Origin: Flavobacteriaceae bacterium
GTDB lineage: Bacteria > Bacteroidota > Bacteroidia > Flavobacteriales > Flavobacteriaceae
Assembly: GCA_024640565.1 (NCBI GenBank)
Contig: JAHEET010000001.1
Coordinates: 308,882-372,881 of the forward strand
DNA: 64,000 nt
Direction: 5' to 3'
The position numbers were made by a program, and so were the translations under genes. This document shows, piece after piece, positions 32,243 through 41,059 of this stretch (its first letter is position 1; every line of letters begins with the position of its first letter). Below the pieces are notes generated by a model. The model was not told the DNA's origin. It ran no database searches and saw nothing but the letters and a program-made list of their open reading frames with translations.

Positions 32243-32326
32243 TTGAACATCCTGCTAGGCTTCTTCGAATGAACCCGATGTTCGCATCCCATTATTCGGG
32301 GTGTAACAAAGCACAATCCCTAAAAA

Positions 32327-32992
32327 TCATACCCAACTAATTTCCTTAGTATCCTGCGCATTTAAAACGGCATTTGTTTTGGAAAAATGCTGGCTCCCAA
32401 ACCAGCCTCTCCAAGCCCCTAAAGGAGAAGGATGTGGCGCTGTAAAAACGGTATGTTTTGAAAGATCAATTTGTTTAGATTTACTTGCTGCAAACTTTCC
32501 CCAGAGTAAAAAAACTACATGTTCTTTTTGTTCAGATATTTTCGCAATGGCAGCATCTGTAAAAGTTTCCCAGCCTTGATTTTGATGACTCCCCGGTGCG
32601 TGTGCCCGTACGGTTAGTGTTGCATTTAACAATAAAACCCCTTGTTTTGCCCAATTCTCTAGATTGCCTGTTTTGGGCATCGGAACTTTTAAATCCATAG
32701 TCAATTCTTTAAAGATATTCTGCAAAGAAGGCGGATATTTAATGCCCTCTTTAACAGAAAAACACAATCCATTTGCCTGTCCTTCTCCGTGGTAGGGATC
32801 TTGACCAATTATAACCACTTTTAAAGCCTCGAAAGAGCAAAGGTCAAAAGCTGCAAATATGGCCTCCTCATTCGGAAAACAAGCGTTCTTTTTATATTCT
32901 GAAGCTACAAAATCTGTCAATTTTTTGAAATACGCTTTTTCAAATTCATTTTGAAGTATATTTTTCCAACTATCGGCAATATTTACCTGCAT
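32327..32992 (-). CDS. ung: Uracil-DNA glycosylase family 1
   Basis: GQDPYHG, GVLLLN, HPSPL. Confidence 0.97.
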   Translation of the reverse strand: MQVNIADSWKNILQNEFEKAYFKKLTDFVASEYKKNACFPNEEAIFAAFDLCSFEALKVVIIGQDPYHGEGQANGLCFSVKEGIKYPPSLQNIFKELTMDLKVPMPKTGNLENWAKQGVLLLNATLTVRAHAPGSHQNQGWETFTDAAIAKISEQKEHVVFLLWGKFAASKSKQIDLSKHTVFTAPHPSPLGAWRGWFGSQHFSKTNAVLNAQDTKEISWV

Positions 32993-33120
32993 TGTTTCTT
33001 ATTTTTGTCAATGAGTTTAAAAGTAATTCGAAGAATTCAAAGCGGCGGATCAATTCTGTTAAATATCCTAGGGCAATAAAATACTTTGATTCAGCAATTT
33101 AATACCTCAAAATTACAAAA

Positions 33121-35328
33121 TTGATACCAAACATTTCAAATAAAACATTACAAGATTTAGAGTTTGCAACGGTTTTGCAGCATGTAGCGGCGCATTGTAT
33201 TTCTGGACTAGGAAAAGAACGCATCTTCGAAACAACTCCAATTACCTACAAAAAAGGACTTTTCAAAGAACTGAATTTGGTCAACGAATACCTTTCCTCT
33301 TTCCAAAGCGAAAATCGTGTTCCTAATCATGGGTTTGACAATGTTACCGAGAGTGTAAAACGCTTAAAAATTGAAAATAGTTTCATAGAAACAGAAGCCT
33401 TTCTAAAAATAGCTGCCACTTCACTAACGGTCAATGAACACCTTACATTTTTTAAGAAATTTAAAATCCAATTTCCAACCTTTTTTGATCTGACCCAAAA
33501 AATTGAACACACTCCCTACATCGACAATGAGATTAAAAAAATTATCGAACTCAGTGGTGAAGTAAAAAACAATGCCTCAAGTAGCTTGAAGCAGATCCGA
33601 AAAGACATCAATTATGTACGCGGGAAGATTGGCGCAAGTTTCAACAGTGCATTATCAAAAGCCATTGGAGCAGGATTTTTAGATGACATTAAAGAAACCA
33701 TTATAGACAATCAACGCGTGCTGGCAGTAAAAGCCATGTATCGAAGAAAAGTTGCGGGGAGTTTGTTAGGGGCTTCTAAGTCGGGAGGTATTGTCTACAT
33801 TGCTCCACAAGCAACACTTTCGTATAGTAGAGAATATCAAAATTTAGTGTACGAAGAAAAACAAGAAGTGGTAAAAATATTACGAGAATTGGCAACAACG
33901 ATTCGTCCAATGATATCACTATTGGAAGAATATCTTGAGTATTTAACACATGTAGATGCTGTGGGAGCGAAAGCAAAATACGCCCATGAAAGCAATGCTG
34001 TTTTACCAAAAATATCCAACGAAAAAAAGATCTATTTTAAGAATGCATTCCATCCCGTTTTGTGGCGAAAAAACAACGAACAGCAAATCGAAACGGTTCC
34101 ACAAACAATTCAACTGCACCAGAAACAGCAAATTATTGTAATTTCTGGTCCCAATGCTGGTGGAAAAAGCATTACATTAAAAACCATTGGCTTATTGCAA
34201 ATTATGCTACAAAGCGGGCTTTTAATACCTGTAGATGAACGAAGTGAAACGTATATTTTCGAAAATATTCTTACCGATATTGGCGACAATCAATCCATCG
34301 AAAACCAATTAAGCACCTATAGTTATCGACTTAAAAATATGCGTGCCTTTTTAAAAAAGTGCAATGCAGAAACTTTATTTTTAATTGATGAATTTGGCAC
34401 AGGTTCTGATCCAGAGTTAGGTGGTGCTTTGGCAGAGATTTTCTTAGAAGAATTTTACAATTATGGGGCTTTTGGGATCATTACTACCCACTACTCCAAT
34501 TTGAAGGTACTGGCCAATGAATTGGACAATGTGACCAACGCCAACATGCAATTTGATGAGCGTTCTTTAGAGCCCTTGTACAAATTGTTTATCGGACAAG
34601 CGGGGAGTTCATTCACTTTTGAAGTTGCTCAGAAAAACGGAATTCCATACAGCATTATCAACAAAGCTAAAAAGCGAGTAGAAACAGAAAAGATTAGATT
34701 GGACAAAACCATTTCCAAACTACAAAAAGAAAGAAATCGCCTGCAAAAAAACTCAGACAACCTTGAGAAGCAAAAGAAACAGGGACTAGAACATTTAGAA
34801 AGCTTACAAGAAAAAGATGATAAGATCCAAGCAAAATTAGCCGGATTTCAAGAATTGTATGACAACAATCAGAAAATGTTGTCTTTGGGAAGAAAAACAA
34901 ATGAGTTGTTCAATAAATATTTTCAGACCAACAATAAGAAAGAACTTACAACCAATTTCAACAAATGGGTAGCAGATGAAAAAGTAAAACGCGCCAAGAA
35001 AAATCCTAAAAAACAACACACTAAAACTCAAAAGAAAAAGGCGAAAGCGGATGAAAAACAAATGCAACAAGTCATTCAGAAAGTAGAAAAAGAGGTGTTA
35101 AAAAAAGTGGTGGAAGTTCGAAAAGAGAAAAAAGTAGTAGCCGCAAAAGAAGCGAAAGAAAAAGCAGCATACACCTACAAGATAAATGATCGCGTAAGGG
35201 TTGTTGGCTCGAATACAATAGGAACCATTGAAAAAATTGAAAAGAAAAAAGTGGAAATTAACTATGGTTTCTTTACCACCAAAACAACGATTGATAAATT
35301 GGAGTTTGTAGAAAAATTAAAAAAATAA
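33121..35328 (+). CDS. mutS2: MutS2 family protein (no evident C-terminal Smr domain)
   Basis: GPNAGGKS Walker A, DIGDNQS, LSTYSY, DEFGTGSDP, TTHY; coiled coil; ends after a KOW-like domain. Confidence 0.9.
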   Translation: MIPNISNKTLQDLEFATVLQHVAAHCISGLGKERIFETTPITYKKGLFKELNLVNEYLSSFQSENRVPNHGFDNVTESVKRLKIENSFIETEAFLKIAATSLTVNEHLTFFKKFKIQFPTFFDLTQKIEHTPYIDNEIKKIIELSGEVKNNASSSLKQIRKDINYVRGKIGASFNSALSKAIGAGFLDDIKETIIDNQRVLAVKAMYRRKVAGSLLGASKSGGIVYIAPQATLSYSREYQNLVYEEKQEVVKILRELATTIRPMISLLEEYLEYLTHVDAVGAKAKYAHESNAVLPKISNEKKIYFKNAFHPVLWRKNNEQQIETVPQTIQLHQKQQIIVISGPNAGGKSITLKTIGLLQIMLQSGLLIPVDERSETYIFENILTDIGDNQSIENQLSTYSYRLKNMRAFLKKCNAETLFLIDEFGTGSDPELGGALAEIFLEEFYNYGAFGIITTHYSNLKVLANELDNVTNANMQFDERSLEPLYKLFIGQAGSSFTFEVAQKNGIPYSIINKAKKRVETEKIRLDKTISKLQKERNRLQKNSDNLEKQKKQGLEHLESLQEKDDKIQAKLAGFQELYDNNQKMLSLGRKTNELFNKYFQTNNKKELTTNFNKWVADEKVKRAKKNPKKQHTKTQKKKAKADEKQMQQVIQKVEKEVLKKVVEVRKEKKVVAAKEAKEKAAYTYKINDRVRVVGSNTIGTIEKIEKKKVEINYGFFTTKTTIDKLEFVEKLKK

Positions 35329-35357
35329 TGGCTTTAAAAATAGAGCCATTAGAAATT

Positions 35358-36707
35358 TTACAATTTCTTTTTTACAGCTTTCTGTACAATAAAATGGCCT
35401 AAGTTTTTACCCTGTTCTAGACCGTTATCTACTGCAGCTCTGTAATGAATTCCGCCATACATTCTACTAATTGCCGCTTCACTAGAAGCATCATAAAACG
35501 AACTAAAACTTCTAACGGGCAAACCAAATTGTAATTCTGTGGTATCGTCAAAAGCAAAATTATCTCCGAACAATGTCGTTAGAACAACAGATGCGGCACC
35601 TGAAACCACCGAATGTCCGCTTGAATATTCAGGAAAAGGAGGGGTTTGTAGGATCGGGAGCCAATTGGGATCCAAATTTTGATGAATTAAGGTTTCTGGG
35701 CGTATTAAATTTGAACTGTATTTTTCATCCCAACAACTAATAAAAGCATCGGCAATGGCTAAGGATGTTTTGGTATACGCATTTACCGTTTCCATGAAAT
35801 TTGCATTGGTTTTTTTGCTAGCAATTTTTACGATTCCAATCCAGTGAGCTCCTGGCGTAATCTTTTTTGTAGAAAACATAAAATGTCCTCGGGTAACAGA
35901 AACATAGGGATTGCAATCCCAAAATTGTGCAATGGCTACTTCTTCAGATTGATCTCCTTTGGCAGTGATACGATTGCTAATTGTGTACACCTCCAACAAT
36001 TCTTTATAAAAATCGGAATCTTTATCCAAAGAAAACGTAGGGTGCGGTTGCGGTTTAAACTGGTTGGCAGATTGTAATAAAAAAGGTCTAATTTTATTCC
36101 AGTGAGGCTCAATTGCGTCCATATAAGCAGGTGGAGTGGGTTGCCATCTGGAGACCTCAGATACATCTACCGTATACTTTGGCATGGTTCGGGTTTGCGA
36201 ATATTGATCTGCATCCATCCATTGTTTCACTTTTGAAACTACTTGTAAAGCATAAGATTGAGACGCTAAAAATTCTTTTTCATTGATCTGTTGCCACTTT
36301 TGGTACAAACTATCTTTCAAAACATCCAATTTCTCTTTCGAAAAAAGCAACATTTTACTTACCTCCATATGTGCTATTAAAGCAGCTACATTTGGATTTA
36401 TATATGGATCCTCCCCCATTTTAGGAATGAAATTCAAACCATTTGCTGTGTGCACCAGGGAAGCATGTACGGTATCTTTTTGCACCAATATCTCATAAGC
36501 AGCAACATTTGGATACGCAAAAATTCGGCTCGCAACAGGAGGTGAAAAAATATCATGAATCATGATATCTGTCACCTTATCTACAGCTGCATGATAAACA
36601 TCAGGGCTTACTACTATGGGTGCTGATGATTTCTGACAACCAATTAACATTCCAATTAAAAACACAAAAAAGCATCGCTTTATAGGACTAGATGGTAAAT
36701 TACTCAT
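35358..36707 (-). CDS. Vanadium-dependent haloperoxidase-family (PAP2-like) lipoprotein
   Basis: Lipobox LIGC; WDEKY...IRPE, PPFPEYSSGHS, SRMYGGIHY vanadate-binding motifs. Confidence 0.88.
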   Translation of the reverse strand: MSNLPSSPIKRCFFVFLIGMLIGCQKSSAPIVVSPDVYHAAVDKVTDIMIHDIFSPPVASRIFAYPNVAAYEILVQKDTVHASLVHTANGLNFIPKMGEDPYINPNVAALIAHMEVSKMLLFSKEKLDVLKDSLYQKWQQINEKEFLASQSYALQVVSKVKQWMDADQYSQTRTMPKYTVDVSEVSRWQPTPPAYMDAIEPHWNKIRPFLLQSANQFKPQPHPTFSLDKDSDFYKELLEVYTISNRITAKGDQSEEVAIAQFWDCNPYVSVTRGHFMFSTKKITPGAHWIGIVKIASKKTNANFMETVNAYTKTSLAIADAFISCWDEKYSSNLIRPETLIHQNLDPNWLPILQTPPFPEYSSGHSVVSGAASVVLTTLFGDNFAFDDTTELQFGLPVRSFSSFYDASSEAAISRMYGGIHYRAAVDNGLEQGKNLGHFIVQKAVKKKL

Positions 36708-36905
36708 GGTTGATTATATTTTATGTATTCGCCTTAGAATGTCTGACTTTTCTAAAATTAAAGCACCAAAATACTTCATCAGAATTAAACGGTATTGTTG
36801 AAGGTGCAGTATTGTATTTTAAAAAGGTAAAGATAATGCTATTGATTTATTAATTGAAAGGATTTTAAATTCAGTTTTTAAATCAAAATTAAAACAAATA
36901 ACAAT

Positions 36906-36949
36906 CCTTTTGAATACCTTTTGGATACCTTTTGTATACCTTTTGAAAG
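36906..36949 (+). repeat. 4 x 11-bp tandem repeat CCTTTTGnATA
   Basis: ccttttgaata, ccttttggata, ccttttgtata, ccttttgaaag. Confidence 0.85.
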
Positions 36950-37035
36950 AAATGTACGAGTAAAATAAAACTTCAGTTACGCAGATAATGCCTATATTTG
37001 GTTAAAATAAGAACAAACTATTTCAAAACGCATCC

Positions 37036-37503
37036 ATGAAAAAAAAAATATTTAGCTCGTTTTTACTTTTATTTTTCTTGTTGACCAGTAGTGCGCAAGA
37101 ACGTACTTCTGTCTTGTCAGAAAATTCTTTTATTGAATGGAATGTTGGAATTGCATTCATCGCTGATGAGAGTTTTCCATTTCCAGGGACCTCGGTGCTT
37201 TGGGGAAAAACCCATGTAAATGAAAATGACATCATTTTTGAATATCAGGCTGGATTTGCATTCCCATCGCTTATCACTGGTAAGATTGGTGTTGGTAAAA
37301 TGTTTGGTACTACTAAAGTAATCGCAGGCATAAGACCCTTTCCTTTTAATGTTTTTTTACAATCGAGTTTTGCTACCCAAAAAAATGGATATTGGATTGC
37401 TGCTGCTGAATTGAACCCTCTTAATGCAAATACAGCGATATCATTTGGATCAAAGGTAATTGTAAACGTTGGCTATAGATGGAGTCTAAATGTAAAAAAA
37501 TAA
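37036..37503 (+). CDS. Secreted / outer-membrane beta-strand hypothetical protein
   Basis: Signal peptide (MKKK...SSAQ), terminal VNVGYRW; TATATTTG -7 box at 36993-37000. Confidence 0.7.
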   Translation: MKKKIFSSFLLLFFLLTSSAQERTSVLSENSFIEWNVGIAFIADESFPFPGTSVLWGKTHVNENDIIFEYQAGFAFPSLITGKIGVGKMFGTTKVIAGIRPFPFNVFLQSSFATQKNGYWIAAAELNPLNANTAISFGSKVIVNVGYRWSLNVKK

Positions 37504-37524
37504 TGAGGAAGAGGAATTCGAAAT

Positions 37525-39645
37525 CTAACTAATATTTGCCCAAATTCCGGTAGATTTATAGATGGCAGTAAAAGTTGTTAAAATACCTTTATTCTTGGGT
37601 TTCGATAAATTAGAATCTTCTTGCAACAAACCTATTGCAGCATTTCTTGCTTTCACCAAAGTAGCTCCATCTTTAACAACATCTGCAATTTTCAAATTCA
37701 ACACACCACTTTGTTGAGTGCCCATAATATTCCCTGGGCCCCTTAATTTTAAATCGACTTCAGCAATTTTAAATCCGTCCGTAGTTTCCACCATGGTTTT
37801 TAATCGGGTTTTTGCTTCTGCCGAGAGCTTAAAACTCGTTATAAAAATACAATAACTTTGATCTGCTCCTCGCCCAACTCTACCTCGAAGCTGATGCAAT
37901 TGCGAAAGCCCAAAACGTTCGGCACTTTCAATAACCATAACGCTTGCATTGGGAACATTTACACCGACCTCAATCACTGTAGTAGCCACCATAATTTGAG
38001 TTTCCCCTTTCACAAAACGTTGCATTTCAAATTCTTTGTCTGCAGGCTTCATTTGTCCATGTACAATACTAATTTGATATTTCGGTGCTGGAAATTCTCT
38101 TGAAACTCCTTCATAACCATCCATTAAATCTTTATAATCCATGGCAGCCGATTCTTGAATAAGCGGATAAACCAAATAAATTTGTCTTCCTTTTTCAATT
38201 TCATCTCGCATAAACTTAAAGACTGCGAGACGATTGCTATCATATCGATGTAATGTTTTTACTTCTTTTCTTCCTGGAGGCAATTCATCGATGATTGAAA
38301 TATCTAGATCACCATACACCGACATGGCCAATGTTCTTGGAATGGGGGTGGCTGTCATTACAAGAATATGTGGAGGAACAACAGCTCCCCCATCGATATT
38401 TTGAGGGCCTTTTGCCCAAAGTTTAGCGCGTTGAGCAACTCCAAAACGATGTTGCTCATCAATCACAGCAATTCCCAAATTATGAAACTTCACTTTATCT
38501 TCGAGTAATGCATGTGTACCGACTAGAATGTGAAGCTGTCCGTTTTCTAAATTTTCGTGAATTTCTCTTCGTTTTTTTGTTTTTATAGAACCTGTAAGAA
38601 TGTCTAAATTGATATTCATTCCTTCCAAGAGTTGGGAAACAGCAAGATAATGTTGTTTGGCTAAAATCTCTGTAGGTGCCATAATCGTGGCTTGATATCC
38701 GTTGTCAATAGCCAACAACATCGTTAGTAGGGCAACAATTGTTTTACCAGAACCTACATCCCCTTGAAGCAATCGGTTCATGTGCGCACTTGAAGCTACG
38801 TCTTTTCGAATTTCTTTTAAAACCCTTTTTTGGGCATTCGTTAAATCGAAGGGTAACTGCTCTTTGTAAAATTGATTAAAAACCTCCCCAACATTTTCAA
38901 ATACTGGCCCTTGAATTTTTGTTTTATGAATCATTTTTTTTCTAGCCAATTGCAATTGAATGAAAAATAATTCTTCAAATTTTAATCGAAATTCTGCTTT
39001 GGCCAATTGTTCTTGACTTTTGGGAAAATGAACATTCAACAAAGCATCTCTTTTGGAAATCAATTGAAAATCATTAATAATTTCTTGAGAAAGATTTTCT
39101 TGAATTCCGTCAAAAACTTGTTGCAATAAGTTTTGAATATAGCCACGAAGCATCTTATTGGAAACGCCCGAATTTGTTAGTTTCTCAGTAGCGGGATATA
39201 CCGGTTGCATTTTGGATTGCAATTTTTTTTTGTAGTCTGCAGCCAACTCCAATTCTGGATGCGGAATACTAAAATTTCCATGGTAATGGTTCAACTTCCC
39301 GTAGACGACATAGGGTTCGTTTATTTTCAAAGAATCTTTAATCCATTTCTGACCTTTAAACCAAACCAACTCCATAGTACCCGATGCATCTTGAAACGTT
39401 GCTACGAGTCTACTCCCTCGCTTTTGAGCAATTGATTTTATGCGTGTAATTTTACCCACAACCTGAACTTCGGAAGAATTGGGTTGCAATTCTTTGATTG
39501 CATAAAACTGTGTTTTATCTATGTAACGAAACGGAAAAAAATGCAATAAATCATTGCAAGATTTGATTCCCAATTCGGCATACAAAAGTGATGCGCGTTG
39601 CACACTAATGCCTTTGATGTATGTAATTGGGTAATTTAAATTCAC
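37525..39645 (-). CDS. recG: ATP-dependent DNA helicase RecG
   Basis: OB wedge domain, QGDVGSGKT, DEQHRFG, TATPIPRT, QLRGRVGRG. Confidence 0.97.
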   Translation of the reverse strand: MNLNYPITYIKGISVQRASLLYAELGIKSCNDLLHFFPFRYIDKTQFYAIKELQPNSSEVQVVGKITRIKSIAQKRGSRLVATFQDASGTMELVWFKGQKWIKDSLKINEPYVVYGKLNHYHGNFSIPHPELELAADYKKKLQSKMQPVYPATEKLTNSGVSNKMLRGYIQNLLQQVFDGIQENLSQEIINDFQLISKRDALLNVHFPKSQEQLAKAEFRLKFEELFFIQLQLARKKMIHKTKIQGPVFENVGEVFNQFYKEQLPFDLTNAQKRVLKEIRKDVASSAHMNRLLQGDVGSGKTIVALLTMLLAIDNGYQATIMAPTEILAKQHYLAVSQLLEGMNINLDILTGSIKTKKRREIHENLENGQLHILVGTHALLEDKVKFHNLGIAVIDEQHRFGVAQRAKLWAKGPQNIDGGAVVPPHILVMTATPIPRTLAMSVYGDLDISIIDELPPGRKEVKTLHRYDSNRLAVFKFMRDEIEKGRQIYLVYPLIQESAAMDYKDLMDGYEGVSREFPAPKYQISIVHGQMKPADKEFEMQRFVKGETQIMVATTVIEVGVNVPNASVMVIESAERFGLSQLHQLRGRVGRGADQSYCIFITSFKLSAEAKTRLKTMVETTDGFKIAEVDLKLRGPGNIMGTQQSGVLNLKIADVVKDGATLVKARNAAIGLLQEDSNLSKPKNKGILTTFTAIYKSTGIWANIS

Positions 39646-39789
39646 TTGATCTCTTTTGCAACAACGAAAATAAAGAATTCAAAATTCACAAAAAACAATT
39701 ATTGCTTCTTTTCAGGTTGGAATTCAAAAAAAAGCAGGAAAAAATTCCTTTTATTTAACCTATCTTTGCAGCCCGAAAGAAACGACACC

Positions 39790-41001
39790 ATGAGATTACA
39801 TAGAAACTTGACTTTTGCAGTTATAGATAGTATTAGAGATATTTTCAATGAAGGCGTTTACGCAGACAAAGCTGTAGAAAAAGCCTTAAAACGTGATAAG
39901 CGTTGGGGAGCTAGAGACCGTAAATTCGTAGCAGAAACCATCTATGAAATAGTACGTTGGAATCGACTGTATGCCGAGATTGCAGAAGTAAAGGTTCCGT
40001 ACGATAGAGATAATATTTGGAGAATCTTTTCTGTCTGGTGTGTATTAAGAGGAATTGCTTTACCCGATTGGAATCAAATTGGAGAGGTACCCGAAAGAAA
40101 AATAAAAGGACGCTTTGCAGAATTATCACGCACAAGAAAATTCAGAGAGTCTGTCCCAGATTGGATGGATGCACTTTGTGTTGAAGAATTAGGAGAAGAA
40201 ATTTGGACCAAAGAAATCGCCGCCTTAAACATTCAAGCAAGTGTCATTCTTCGAACAAATACTTTGAATATTTCACGGGAAGTTTTACAAAAAAAATTAA
40301 AAGCCGAAAACATCAATACGAACATTGTTCCCGAGCATCCAGATGCATTAATTTTACCGGAAAGGGCCAATGTTTTTAAAACAGAAGCATTTCACAATGG
40401 GTATTTTGAAGTGCAAGATGCTTCTTCTCAATTGGTAGCAGCCTATCTGGATGTGAAACCCGGAATGAAAGTTGTAGATACCTGTGCAGGTGCAGGCGGA
40501 AAAACACTGCACTTAGCCGCTTTAATGCAAAACAAAGGGCAAATTATCGCCATGGATATTTACGAAAGTAAACTTCGTAAGTTAAAAGTAAGAGCCAAAA
40601 GAAACAAAGCGCACAACATCGATATGCGTGTGATCGATTCTACAAAACCCATCAAGAAATTACATGGCAAAGCAGATCGGGTCTTAATTGATGCTCCCTG
40701 TTCTGGATTGGGTGTGATTCGTAGAAATCCAGATTCTAAATGGAAATTGCAGCCCGAATTTATTGACAACATCAAAAAAATTCAACAAGAAATATTACAA
40801 AGTTATTCCAAAATGGTAAAACAAGGTGGTAAAATGGTCTATGCTACTTGTTCAATTTTACCCTCCGAAAATCAAAATCAAGTAAAAACCTTCTTGGCCT
40901 CTGAAGCTGGAAAAGATTTTACCTTTGTCTCCGATAAAAAAGTAATGGCTCACATTGCTGGCTTTGATGGTTTTTACATGGCGTTGTTGGAAAAAAAATA
41001 A
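39790..41001 (+). CDS. RsmB/NOP family m5C RNA methyltransferase
   Basis: EVQDASSQ, DTCAGAGGKT, DAPCSGLG, YATCS; TATCTTTG box at 39761-68. Confidence 0.92.
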   Translation: MRLHRNLTFAVIDSIRDIFNEGVYADKAVEKALKRDKRWGARDRKFVAETIYEIVRWNRLYAEIAEVKVPYDRDNIWRIFSVWCVLRGIALPDWNQIGEVPERKIKGRFAELSRTRKFRESVPDWMDALCVEELGEEIWTKEIAALNIQASVILRTNTLNISREVLQKKLKAENINTNIVPEHPDALILPERANVFKTEAFHNGYFEVQDASSQLVAAYLDVKPGMKVVDTCAGAGGKTLHLAALMQNKGQIIAMDIYESKLRKLKVRAKRNKAHNIDMRVIDSTKPIKKLHGKADRVLIDAPCSGLGVIRRNPDSKWKLQPEFIDNIKKIQQEILQSYSKMVKQGGKMVYATCSILPSENQNQVKTFLASEAGKDFTFVSDKKVMAHIAGFDGFYMALLEKK

Positions 41002-41059
41002 AAAAATACCTCAATTTAAATTATTTAAATTTTATAAATTCGTACAAAATATCTTAGAA

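Noticed and set aside
36906-36949. CRISPR interpretation of the short repeat arrays (also 9531, 61840)
   Set aside because: Repeats are 8-11 bp with no or 12-13-bp spacers; no cas genes
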